Shown here one piece after another: positions 38,742-50,180 of a DNA stretch of 60,000 nt. Within the stretch, counting starts at the first letter, position 1; each line of letters opens with the position of its first letter. The translations under genes were made by a program, and so were the position numbers. The stretch is from Mobula hypostoma (Eukaryota): assembly GCF_963921235.1 (NCBI RefSeq), contig NC_086109.1:25794001-25854000 (forward strand), given 5' to 3'. The notes under the pieces were generated by a model. It had not been told where the DNA came from and searched no databases. It saw only the letters and a list, made by a program, of their open reading frames with translations.

Positions 38742-39345
38742 CTGCCATAATACAACATTAAATTTAGGTTTATCAACATTGTCTCAATACAGGCAAAGAA
38801 AAAATGTGTTATATTCATTCTAATAGCTCCTTGTTTATTTATTTGGCAAGTCCACCATCTTACTTTGTAATAAATTCTACAGACTAAGCCAATACCTGAT
38901 CAGCCCATTAGGAGAATTTTCAGCATCAAAGGTGTTTTATAAATGAGAATGGTTACTGAAACTGCTGACCTCAGCAGTGGCAATGTTTAGGAGGACAATT
39001 ATGGTTGTAGATCCCGTTATGTTGATACTCAACATCAATGCCAAATTTATGTCTAATAGGTAGCCTCTCAGAGAAACTAGCTAAAAATCTCTCGTCAGCA
39101 ATTTACCAAAGGCTTTGTCAACCATAGTTAGTTTTATCAAGATCAAAAACTACCTAGAGTGTAATCAGCCTTGTGCACTTAAAGTGGGAAGTGAGGAAAC
39201 AGATCACTTGTATGGGCTGCTTCGAATGAATAGCTTCTTAGTGAACTTTACATAATAATAATTAATAAAAAGATTTAAAAAGAAAGAAAACCCTGTTTGC
39301 CAAACTAAATATTGATGGGTTAACTGCTTCATTAGCATTACTTAC

Positions 39346-39472
39346 CTGATAGATGTGGTTGAGTTTGAAGTGCTTAAGCAGAAGTAATAGGACAGCAGAA
39401 ATTGCTTTCACAATGATCTCTTTGTGTCTGTTGACATCTACTCCCAGCTTCATACTCTGTAGCACTGTGGTA
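39346..39472 (-). CDS. STRIP1: STRIP1 coding exon
   Basis: acag|T ACC ACA GTG...TAT CAG|gtaagt; TTVLQSMKLGVDVNRHKEIIVKAISAVLLLLLKHFKLNHIYQ; 127 nt. Confidence 0.95.
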
Positions 39473-39968
39473 CTGTTAGGATAAAGTGCGCATCACTGCA
39501 TTACTGTACGATGGGGTGACACAGTCACTGAGGCAACAGAAGATGAAGAGGCAGAAATAAAGCTGCTGGGATAAGAGGAGTGGGGATGAGAAATAGTTAT
39601 TGGCCTTTAAGAGTTAAAGGGAGAAAGCGCAGGCCTTAAAGAAAGCCAATGTGGATGAAGAGTTTAAACCTTATAAATGGCAAGAAAGTACTGACTTTTT
39701 AGAGAACTAATGGTGAGAAAGAAGGCCTACCTGATGGAAAATAGGATTTCACTAAATGTAGCTGATTACAGAAAAAAAGATCTCATTGCTTCTGAGACCA
39801 ACAGCAACTTACCAAAATAACTTTAAAAAGTTGCAAAATATTAAGTGAATACAATCTTAAAATTATTTTCAGCGGGTGCTAGAATTTTTATGGGGAATTT
39901 ATGTTATCTTTGAATGAAATAATATGGGAAATCAACACTCCTATTCCTAAAAGGAGGAAGATACATAC

Positions 39969-40066
39969 GGCATTTCTTCTGGTAGGACATCAGCAAGAAT
40001 GTTGATTGAGTCAGTCTTGGCTTTTGAGGTTGGAGCTGCAGCCAAAAGAATCTTCAGTAAGGCAAT
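39969..40066 (-). CDS. STRIP1: STRIP1 coding exon
   Basis: atag|ATT GCC...ATG CC|gtatgt; IALLKILLAAAPTSKAKTDSINILADVLPEEMP; 98 nt. Confidence 0.95.
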
Positions 40067-41775
40067 CTATAAGAATAGTTGAAGACAGAAGTTGAGGGAG
40101 ATTATTTTTCTAATAAGATTTGCATCAAAACTCTACTGATAAACTTTATAAAGGTTATCCTTGCAAATAAAAGGATTTAAAAAAGAAACAGCATGACAGC
40201 CTTCCAACAGTGCAGACAATAATGACTGAATCTTGTGAACAATACTACAGATCAACTGGCATGTGAAAATAGAGAATAACATCCCTTGAGAGCAAATAGT
40301 CAGGACTGAAAAGAGGGTACAGAACCCACATCCTGGAGGTTTCATTTCACTCCTTTGCGAGATCAGAAATTTAAAGAAATTATTCTTAAATGTTTTCCCT
40401 GTGTTTACACATCTGAGTAGCTAGCATCAGAGCCTGTCAAATTTTGTTTCATGAACTAGATGTGGTGATGGTGCAATATGGGTAAAGCAATAGCTAAAAC
40501 TGAGCAGTGCGACTGTTCAATCCTGATGAACGATTGCATGCAATTGCTTATTAACTTCAAATAGTGACAAACATTAACATTTTTGTCTTATTTCTAACAT
40601 TTAATTAGTCTTCAGTTAAACCTGGTGCAACTTTCCCTAAATGTTTCCAAATTCTATTAGAAAGAAATAGTACAAAATATTCAAAGATAGAATAGTTAAA
40701 TAGATAAATAATAAGATTTTTTTTTAAATCGAAGTAGCTTCCACAGTTAAGACTTTTTTTAAGCTCCTATCTTTTAGTGTTTCATCTGAGCATGACGCTT
40801 CATTTCTACATCTGTAATGATGAACAATAATTGGGACTAAATCTTGCGTTATACATTTCCTCTCAGCGAGGAAATGGTACACAGCAACCAAATGGAAGTA
40901 AAAAGGCATTGAAAACATCAGGAACAAATGGGAACATAAATAATTAATAAATTGAGTTTCGGAATAAAAGCACAAAAACTGACCCAGAAAATATCTGTGT
41001 TTCAATCAAGTTAGTTTCCAACCTAAAGCACGTAACTGATATTTCTAAAGCACCATTGATAGAGAAAAGTAACGGTAATATGGGCACAGAAAAACCAGGA
41101 ATTATTCCAGGGTAGTACCACTCTAGAAGAGGAAAGGGAGAGATGGGATGACTATACTTACTATAGATAATGATAGTAGTAGAAAAATGTATAATTTTAG
41201 ACAGTGCAGCAAGTAAAGTGAGTTCAACTACATATCCTTAATTATGATATAATTTGTTCAAAACTAAACATGACAAAAGCTAGTGTTATTGTTTATTATT
41301 GTTGATTAATTATAGGCAGATTACATTTATAAATTTTTAAATAACCCAAGGAACAGATACCTTCAAAGCCATTAAAACATAATCATAAAACTATAATGCC
41401 AGATAATTAGCATGTATCTATCTGTATAGCTATTATGAAACGACCTACAACATGCCAAATGGAACTATACAAAATACAGCTGAGCATCTGTATGATGTAA
41501 ATTCTATGATCTTACATGAAAGGGGAGAATACAAAAATATCTAGAGAGCAGAAAACGTAATCGTGGAGTAGTTACTTCAAATTTTATTGAAGCAGTTAAA
41601 GAGAAGCAAGGTTAGCATTCAAGTTTGAATGAAATAGAGCTTTACAGTGAAAAACACAGTGAAGGAAAAAAAAGGGATGTGAGTATTGTATGAACACAGC
41701 AAAGACTAGCTGGCTCACTTCTGTGTCAAGTATCTGTACAATCCTAAGCCAAAAAATATACAAATTCATACTAAC

Positions 41776-41850
41776 CATGTATTGAGGCAAACTGGGCAAT
41801 ATACCCTGATAAAGAACTTCAGCTGGTGTCAGGTCAAATTCCTCATCTCC
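41776..41850 (-). CDS. STRIP1: STRIP1 coding exon
   Basis: ttag|GGA GAT GAG...TAC ATG|gttagt; GDEEFDLTPAEVLYQGILPSLPQYM; 75 nt. Confidence 0.93.
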
Positions 41851-42886
41851 CTAAAAATAAATAAATATGATCTTATAATTCATTCTAATTATTCCTGAAA
41901 TTGAGCACTGCCTGGAAAATGCTGGAGGAGGCATACCATTATGATTATGGATGCCAAGTTTATTACAGGGAAGCTTTGTGGACTAACCACAGTAGTAAAG
42001 AATCAAAACATTTTACACAAGTGCTGACATACTTTAGGTTATAAAGATTCACTTAATAGACTGAACAGTAATATAACCCACCAGGTTTTGTAAAAGTGCA
42101 AAATAATTTTATACTGTGAAGGATAATGAACTGAGCAAATATTACTTTGTTAAAAATTCAGAAGCTTAATGGTAAATTACAGAGCATAATCTATTGCTTT
42201 AATTAGGGATCATGCTTTACAGTGAGTTACTTTACTGTTGAATATATAAACAAAACCATTGAACCAGACTCGATTCATTCATTCACTTTTATTCCATAGC
42301 CCTTGGCACTCTACTTGACTAATACATTTACATTTCACGCTCAAAGCTATCAGTTATCCATGGGTCATCTCAAATCTTCTGAAGAAAAGCTTAGGTTTCC
42401 ACTATAGCAAAAAATTACTCCAGATTTTAAGATTATCCCCTTTCATTCCAGGTTCACAGACAGGTACTATTTTCCCTATCAAACAATTATTGTTTTGTAA
42501 GTTTTAATGGTCCTTGTTGAAAAAAATATCTCTCATTTCTCAATCCAAGACAGAAAGTGTGTTCAAAACTAGATGCAATAATCTGATTTAGCGAACAGGG
42601 GAGGATGTATTTATTTCCTCCCCCCAGGTGTTTCATGATTATTTTGCTAATAAACCATCACTTACAGGTGAATAATTATACCATTCCCTCAAAGAATATC
42701 TCCTGCTCATGAAAGGATGCAAGCACAATTTTTCTAAGATGGAGACAGGTAAAAACAGAAAATGCTTGAAATACTCAGCAGGTAACCTGATTTCCAGCAT
42801 TTTTAGATTTTCTTTCAGACTTCCACCAAGTGCAGCTTATGCAGATCTACTTGTACATGACCAGACTTTAAAAATACCACCCATAC

Positions 42887-42958
42887 CGCAGAAAGTGGCT
42901 TTTTCAGATATTCCTCTTCTTTCTTGATCTGGACTTCAGCAATTGCAATGTACTTATG
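42887..42958 (-). CDS. STRIP1: STRIP1 coding exon
   Basis: acag|CAT AAG TAC...TCT GCG|gtatgg; HKYIAIAEVQIKKEEEYLKKPLSA; 72 nt. Confidence 0.92.
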
Positions 42959-43141
42959 CTGTAGAGTAAATAAATGAGTGTATATATTGTTAGAGAAAAT
43001 CTGCACATTTGTTTAAAAAATACATGCAATAAATACTTAACCACCAACAACAGGAATTCTGCAGATGCTGGAAATTCAAGCAACACACATAAAAGTTGCT
43101 GGTGAACGCAGCAGGCCAGGCAGCATCTCTAGGAAGAGGTG

Positions 43142-43179
43142 CAGTCGACGTTTCAGGCCGAGACCCTTCGTCAGGACTA
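43142..43179 (-). ncRNA. Minimal type I hammerhead ribozyme (sense to the STRIP1 pre-mRNA)
   Basis: Exact reverse complement of 44155-44192. Confidence 0.85.
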
Positions 43180-43533
43180 ACTGAAGGAACAGTGAGTAAG
43201 AGATTTGAAAGTTGGAGGGGGAGGGGCAGATCCAAAATGATAGGAGAAGACAGGAGGGGGAGGGATGGAGCCAAGAGCTGGACAGGTGATAGGCAAAAGG
43301 GATACGAGAGGATCATGGGACAGGAGGTCCGGGAAGAAAGACAAGGAGGGGCGGGGGTGGGACCCAGAGGATGGGCAAGGGGTATATTCAGAGGGACAGA
43401 GGGAGAAAAAGGAGAGTGAGAGAAAGAATGTGTGTATAAAAATAAGTAATAGATGGGGTACTGGAAGGACTGTTTGGGGCACTGAATGGTGGTAAGGGAG
43501 GAAGTGTAAGGGCATGTGTAGCGCTTGTTCCGC

Positions 43534-43871
43534 AGTCCTTCCAGGTGAGGCAACACTTCACCTGTGAGTCGGGTGGGGTGATATACTGCGTCCGGTGCTC
43601 CCGATGTGGTCTTTTATATATTGGCGAGACCCGACGCAGACTGGGAAACCGCTTTGCTGAACACCTATGCTCTGTCCGCCAGAGAAAGCAGGATCTCCTA
43701 GTGGCCACACATTTTAATTCCACATCCCATTCCCATTCTGACATGTCTGTCCACGGCCTCCTCTACTGTAAAGATGAAGCCACACTCAGGTTGGAGGAAC
43801 AACACTTTATATTCCGTCTGGGTAGCCTCCAACCTGATGGCATGAACATCGACTTCTCTAACTTCTGCTAA
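43534..43871 (+). pseudogene. Penelope GIY-YIG endonuclease domain (C-terminal fragment of the PLE ORF)
   Basis: FTCESGGVIYCVRCSRCGLLYIGETRRRLGNRFAEH...ATHFN...LEEQHFIFRLGSLQPDGMN*; open frame but no upstream RT or ATG. Confidence 0.9.
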
Positions 43872-44154
43872 TGCCCCACTTCCCCCTCGTACCCCATCTG
43901 TTACTTATTTTTATACACACATTCTTTCTCTCACTCTCCTTTTTCTCCCTCTGTCCCTCTGAATATACCCCTTGCCCATCCTTTGGGTCCCCCCCCAATT
44001 GTCTTTCTTCCCGGACCTCCTGTCCCATGATCCTCTCGTATCCCTTTTGCCTATCACCTGTCCAGCTCTTGGCTCCATCCCTCCCCCTCCTGTCTTCTAT
44101 CATTTTGGATCTCCCCCTCCAACTTTCAAATCCCTTACTCACTCTTCCTTCAGT

Positions 44155-44192
44155 TAGTCCTGACGAAGGGTCTCGGCCTGAAACGTCGACTG
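44155..44192 (+). ncRNA. Minimal type I hammerhead ribozyme
   Basis: Stem I UAGUC/GACUG; core CUGACGA (44160-44166); stem II AGG/CCU; GAAA (44180-44183); palindromic ACGU in place of stem III; GUC cleavage triplet ending at 44187. Confidence 0.85.
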
Positions 44193-44355
44193 CACCTCTT
44201 CCTCGAGATGCTGCCTGGCCTGTTGCGTTCACCAATACTTAACCACTGATTTTTTTTCTTATTAATATCAAAGGCTACAGTCTTTGACAAAGAAGACAAA
44301 GAAGCACTTTCCATGTGAAACATTCAGTGAGAATACTGTGCTTTTGAAGTACTAG

Positions 44356-44610
44356 AGTAGATTCCAGTTAACTGGGCCATCAGTTAATCGGGGTAGCTGC
44401 TTATTTGGAACAGCTCCTAAAAAATGAAAACTAATCGAGAAAAGAGCCACGTTTCCTTTTGTATATTTGGGACATTATGCCACTTAGCTGGGACAGGAGA
44501 CAGTTGCTGAACAGTTTCTAACCAGTGTCAGTTGCGTGAACTTGTGCAGCAGTTAAGACACTACAGCATGCTTAGAGCAAAGTTTTTGCATAGTGTTCAG
44601 TTGTGTGTGC
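44356..44610. mobile_element. Partial Tigger/pogo-like MITE
   Basis: Similar to 27163-27430. Confidence 0.65.
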
Positions 44611-44761
44611 TAGTATTATATTATCCATTTGGGCCAAGGCAGTGATTTTTGATATTTAATTTTGACTTAAGAAATATTACCCTACTGGACCGAATTAAAA
44701 ACCATCTGATTTTGAACTTGAGGTAGTGACTACACAGGATGCCAGGAAATTTACTGATTAC

Positions 44762-45035
44762 TTTTTATTTACTTATTGAGATACAGTACAGAATAGGCCC
44801 TTTCAGCCCTCCAAGCCTTGCCACCCAGCAATCCTAGCCTAATCACAGGACAATTTATTATGACCATCTAACCTACCAACTAGTACATCTTTGAACCATG
44901 GGAGGGAAAAAGAGCACCCGGAGAAAACTCACAGGGTCAAGGGGAGAACGTACAAATTCCTTACAGGCAGCGGTGGGAATTGAACCCGGGTCACCTGTAC
45001 TGTAAAGCACTGTGCTAACCACTATGCTACCGTAT
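44762..45035 (-). mobile_element. tRNA-derived V-SINE (HE1-like)
   Basis: A box TAGCATAGTGG, B box GGTTCAATTCC, V-domain-like GTACGTTCTCCCC...CTCCGGGTGCTC, (TAAA)-type tail. Confidence 0.8.
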
Positions 45036-45625
45036 CACACCACCTCCCCCCCACCACCTCCAAAAGGCAAGGCATAGAAGGACAATAAAGAAGCCACTGA
45101 TACATACCTAATATACAGTATATGCAGTATGTGGAGGTTATGGTACCCTCTGCACTAGCTATTCTTAACCTACCACGTATACCATAGGACAGGACCTGCT
45201 CCAGCAGTCAAAGTATTTTTGTGCCTTTTCTACCCGAATCCATGCTATTTATGGCAGTCAACTGTCACATTTGCTCATTCACATCCCAACAGAAGCCTGT
45301 CAAAGTGACTGCTCTGGTTTAGGTCACATCTGTTACAGTCACATTTTGGTCGGTTATGGCAATCACATCTTAAGCCCGACAAAGGAAGGCATTTATCTTT
45401 ACTGAATGAGTTTAGCAAAAAAAAAATCAGAAAAGCAACTGCTATCCTTTGTGATGAATCCTTAAAGGGAAAAAAGAAAAATACCAAAATACCTGGATAT
45501 AGCTTCTTCTGTAGATTTATTTTAAATATCAAAAAGGCAAACGAGTTCTACAAAGACCTAAGATTGCATAGTGTAGATGATATGACCCTCACCATATAGG
45601 CTAAAGCTGTATCTTCTTCACCTAC

Positions 45626-45689
45626 CTGTTTAAGGGTTTTGATACTTTCATGGATGGGTCGTGGTAATCCAACCACAGTATCAGTATCA
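45626..45689 (-). CDS. STRIP1: STRIP1 coding exon
   Basis: gcag|T GAT ACT...AAA CAG|gtaggt; DTDTVVGLPRPIHESIKTLKQ; 64 nt. Confidence 0.93.
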
Positions 45690-46784
45690 CTGCAAAGGAA
45701 ATTATGGAAAAATTTTTTCAGGTTCATCTCTCAATGCTATTATCTTGCAATTCTTTTGGGTCTACATAGATATTGTTCCCATTCACAGATTAATTTCTGA
45801 TGAAATACACAACTCTGAGATGCTAATGGACCATTTCTACTATTTCTATTCTTAATATTTAGTTGACACTGAAATGTGGCAATTTTAAGATACATTTAGG
45901 TTGGCCATTCTTATACAGTGATAGCTACTCAACTATCCGAAGTTAAAATTCTATGTTGGTGAGAGTTTCCTGATCTAACTTTCAAATGTTCCTGACATGA
46001 CCTAGAGCCATCTTTGGCATTCTGGAATTGCACTGCAGATCTATTCCAAGATATCTGACTACTAGCTGTAAGAAGCAACCATACCATTGTACTGCAAGTC
46101 ACATTAGGATCTGATTATCCAAGGATGGAAATTTGAATAGTTGCTTTGGCAACTAAGAATGTTAGTTATGTTAGAACCAAGAACGTTAGTTAATTAAGTG
46201 CAATCTGGGATCAAGGAAGATGGAAAGGATGTTAACTCAGATATTACCATTTATGAGCAAGACACATTTGTTTGGAATCAGGTATTCAAATAAAAATTAC
46301 AATCAAGCTCAGGGGGGAGTTAAATGATTCAAAATTTCAGAAGCTATACCCTGCATGGTTTGGAGGGAAGAATAATGAAAATAGCCACATTCATCCTTGT
46401 GATGAAGCCATGTAATAACTGAATACAATTTACCATACTCACTTAACAAATCTGTTAATGACTCAGATATCTAATGGAATACTCTAATCTCACTATTAAC
46501 TTGAACTCTGGTTGCTTTTCTATTAACTACTGCCTACTTCGTGTTACATAAAACTGTAAATATAATATTTTATTAACCCTTCATCAGCAATGAATTTGAA
46601 ATTGTTACTGGTAACCATTAGACAGCAATTCATTTGACTTCTTAATGATTTGGAAGAAAATTAATTCATTTGTTTAACAGCTTGACAGTAACTTAATCAA
46701 AGGTTAAATTACGCCTATATCAGATTAAGGAGCCAAATGAGACATAATAATCCTGAGCCCCTCAATGACGTGAGGAGTTAGAGG

Positions 46785-47590
46785 TGTCATGTGTGACGCC
46801 AAGCAGAGCTACCGGACGAATGATGCTAATGAGAGAGATAACGGAAGACAATGGAGAAACATTCAAAATGCTAATAAGAGAGAAGAGAGAGATTAACGAG
46901 AAAGAAACACAATTCAGATATTGACAGATTGTTTGCTTTGAACCTGAACTGTTTGAAGTTTGATGGACAGGTGATACCCCAGCAGGGGGATAAAAAAAAG
47001 CAGGTTTGCTAAGGCACGACACACCACGAGACCCTGGAAAGAGCAGTGTGTCCCCACAAGTTGGTGGGAGTTTGGAGGACCAGTTCACAGGAATGGATCA
47101 GAGGCTCACAGGGTGTAAAGGTACGATCAGTGCGAACCTGGGGTGTGTGTCCGCCCTTGCCTGGGTGCCGGGTTCACCGCGGAAGAACGATCATATCTGG
47201 AACGGAGGGGTCACAGTCGGTGTCCACAGCGGGATCAGAAGACATCAAAAGGTCTGTCCGAAACCAACTGCATCTCTCACTCTCTCTCTCTCTCTCCCCA
47301 ACGGTACAACAGCGATTACTTTGAACTGCACTAAACTGAACTGAACTCTGCTTCAATTAAGGCTGATCATTTTACCCCTAGACTGCAATAGGGCTTGGTT
47401 GATTCCTATTCCCCTATTTCTGTGTCTATGTGTGTATTATCATTGCTAACCTGTTACATTTATATCCTTGCGATTAGTGTACTGTATTACTTATTTCTTT
47501 AATAAAACTTTATTAGTTCCTAGTAATCACAGACTCCAACGAGCATTCCATTTCTGCTGGTTTGGCAACCCAGTTATGGGGTACGTAACA
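46785..47590 (+). mobile_element. Solo LTR (Gypsy- or ERV1-type), 806 bp
   Basis: TG...CA termini, 4-bp TSD GAGG on both sides, TATA-like GGATAAAA at ~46988, AATAAA at 47501. Confidence 0.85.
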
Positions 47591-48079
47591 GAGGGTATTA
47601 AGGATATATTTTAGTTCCTTAGCATATATTTGCTAAAATATTAAAAGTCAGTTTACCTACAAAACTCAAGAACTATAAATGAAGTACATTAGGTCAATAA
47701 AGAATTTTGACTGGGGTGAAGGTTAACATATTTCTGAAGTACTTAAATCTCACGTTTATTATATAACTGACACAAAGTCCCCTATTCCAAAAAACCTTAT
47801 TGGGAAAAAAGTTCATTTTAAATGGTAAAATTCTGAAGATGAAATAAATGAATACTTTTCAACTGCAGACACGGACATGAGGTTTAGAGTTGCTTGCTAA
47901 TTGACCAGAGACAATTTCCAGAAACAGTGTCAGAAATAACAGTAAGAAGTGACCCAAGTCCTAAGCACAGTAACAACAGTAGCAACAGTAACTCACAAAT
48001 TTATAAATTTTAACAACACTTAATAAACTTGAAAATTATAGCCATTAGCACGAAAAAAAAATCAGAAAAGGATACGCAC

Positions 48080-48145
48080 CTTCCTAATGTATAACCGATG
48101 AATTTACTTCTGCTGGATTCTAGAAAAGTTTCAATGTCTTTTTCT
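48080..48145 (-). CDS. STRIP1: STRIP1 coding exon
   Basis: acag|A GAA AAA GAC...GGA AG|gtgcgt; EKDIETFLESSRSKFIGYTLG; 66 nt; missed by the ORF track. Confidence 0.93.
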
Positions 48146-48244
48146 CTGTGAGAGCAAACAAAAATTGCTTATCATCATGGGAAAGATCTAACAAAGTCTG
48201 CTGAAAAGTTGGAAATTCAGAATTCCACTAAAGGTCACAGTACA

Positions 48245-48420
48245 ATACCGGAAATCTAAAACAAAACGGAAAATGTTGAAAATACTCAGCAGGTGAGTTA
48301 AGATGTAAGCTATGATGAACCCATCTGGTTGAGGAGCCCAAATTGTGAACACCTACTGCAGTACACTGGATTAAAAGAAATGCAAGCAAATTGTTGCTTT
48401 ACCTGGAAGTACTGTTTGTG
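48245..48420 (-). mobile_element. Decayed Penelope relic (terminal motif plus GIY-YIG start)
   Basis: AAATGTTGAAAATACTCAGCAGG terminal motif; minus strand reads KQYFQVKQQFACISFNPVYCSRCSQ, compare 43534 onward. Confidence 0.6.
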
Positions 48421-48836
48421 TCACTAAGTAATGGAACACAAAAAAAAAATAGTAGGCCACCAAGACTCTCAAGCCTGCCCTGCCACACCAATATGTCCTC
48501 AACTCCTGAGCCAGCTCCCAATAATTATAAAAATTGGGGAAATTGAGGTTTATCCATCTCCACTTTAAATATATCTAATGATATGTGTCCACCAACTGAG
48601 AGCAGAGAATTCCAAAGATTCACTACCTCAGAGAGCAGAGGTTTCATTTTTACATGACCAGCACCTAAATTCAGAACTATGTCCCCTTGTTAACGATTGT
48701 CTATCTAGAGAAACTAGCTCAACCTGGTAACATGGTAAATGCTACATTTCCTCTCGATTGGAAAAGCCAAGGTGACTGCTTTGTGAAGTAACTGTGCTCA
48801 CTTCAAAGTGACACACCTGAGCCTGTCACTTCAGCT

Positions 48837-49098
48837 TGGTCGACTGGTGGCTCAAGGCATCAGCGCCGGGCTCCGGAGCGAAGGCTCCCGAGTTCGAATC
48901 AAAGTCTGGCCACCCCCTGAGCATGCTTTCCATCTGTGCCGGGTTGAGCGTCGAGCTAGCCACTCTGTCTCGTTTAAAAAAAAAGGGTCATGTCAGGAAT
49001 GTTCATATCGTGAGCCCGTTAATCCGAAAGGAGACCAATCCTGACACCACGTGCCAGACAAGAATGGCTGACTGTCTGGTGCAACACGACAGTCTCCA
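48837..49098 (+). mobile_element. tRNA-derived SINE
   Basis: A box TGGCTCAAGG, B box GAGTTCGAATC, TSD ACTTCAGCT (48828-48836, 49099-49107), CpG-rich. Confidence 0.75.
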
Positions 49099-49549
49099 AC
49101 TTCAGCTCTCCAACCTACTCTGCCTTCAGTCTGTGGCCTCCTGCAGTTGTAATGTTAGCTTTTGTTTTCCATTCTTCAGTTGCTTTCTGACTTTGCTGAG
49201 TAATTCTAGCATTTAGTTATTAAAAATTAAAATGGGTGGAATTCTTTTGTTTGGTATGTATTCAAAATTTTACCATCTGAAATTTTCATCTCCAAATCCC
49301 AATGTAAAAGTCAACTATTAATTAGCTTCTCCATGGATCAGAAAGATGGCCTTGAATTCTCAACACAGCGGTGTAAATGTCAAAGAGTATTCTTTTTACA
49401 GGTGGATAACCTGTTAATTATCAGCCTAAAATTTTAACATTCGTCACTGTATTCACTTTAATGGAGGGATATTAATGACAGTGAAGTGACAGCCTAGCCA
49501 AGTGAGACTTCTGCCTTTAACTTCCACATCAGATCGAGGAAGAACTGTT

Positions 49550-49830
49550 GTAACCAACACAGTGAAACATTGGAGGAACTCAGCAGGTCAGTCAGCATTT
49601 ATGGAGGTTTCTATTGACATCTATCATATAAACATCTATCGACGTTTCGGATCAAGATTCTTCATCGGGGAAAAACCAGAATAAGAGGGTGGGGGGGAGG
49701 GAGAAGAGCACAAGCTGACAGGTGAGGGGGAGAGGCAGGAGTGTGGGGACAGGGTTGAAAGGAATAATGTGAGGATCTGGTAGCTGATAGGTAGGAGAGC
49801 AAAGGGCTGAAGAAAGAACCTACTGTAATC
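49550..49830 (-). mobile_element. Older Penelope pLTR relic with a degenerate hammerhead
   Basis: TGGAGGAACTCAGCAGGTCAG motif; minus strand CCGAUGA-AGAAUCUUGAUCC-GAAACGUC (core mutated). Confidence 0.65.
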
Positions 49831-49959
49831 AATATCAGCAAATGGGAACAAGTTTTTGTTAAACAAATATATCGACCTTTGCATGGGAAGCTACTGATAC
49901 AGCCCAAAAAAATCAAATAGGCAGAACCATTTAGCAAATGTCTACGATATGCTCCTTAC

Positions 49960-50180
49960 CTCACTTTAGGTGCCCAAGGCAATCCCTTGGGAAGTGATAA
50001 ACGCTCACAGGTTGGGTGAGGAATTGGTGGTGGTAGAACCTCTTCCCTTTCCAAAGGAAATGTTTCTGTTTCAAGTGAGTTATCATTATCGTCATTCTCA
50101 TCATCATCCTCACGGGGGTCTTCAGTTTTGTATGGGTCCTTCTCATTATAAGCATCCAAATTATCTTGCTTCATAAGTGC
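49960..50180 (-). CDS. STRIP1: STRIP1 coding exon (acidic linker)
   Basis: tcag|GCA CTT ATG...GTG AG|gtaagg; ALMKQDNLDAYNEKDPYK...PKGLPWAPKVR; 221 nt. Confidence 0.95.

Larger units (their letters stand above)
43045..44233 (+). mobile_element. Penelope-like element: 5'-truncated GIY-YIG segment between inverted pLTRs
   Basis: TSD AATACTTAACCAC (43032-43044, 44234-44246); inverted arms 43100-43460 and 43890-44234. Confidence 0.93.

Noticed and set aside
43544..43890. The GIY-YIG segment missing from the left Penelope arm starts at CAG|GTGAGG, which looks like a spliced-out intron
   Set aside because: The far breakpoint is ...CCTCG|TACCCC with no AG acceptor; a template switch or deletion is more parsimonious
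42990..44242. Multiple 100-190 aa ORFs on both strands (also 23462-24343)
   Set aside because: They are low-complexity readings of the purine/pyrimidine-skewed pLTR; only the GIY-YIG frame has protein motifs
48838..48915. Possible tRNA-Arg(CCG) gene
   Set aside because: The acceptor and anticodon stems do not pair properly, and it continues into a body flanked by a TSD, so it is a SINE head
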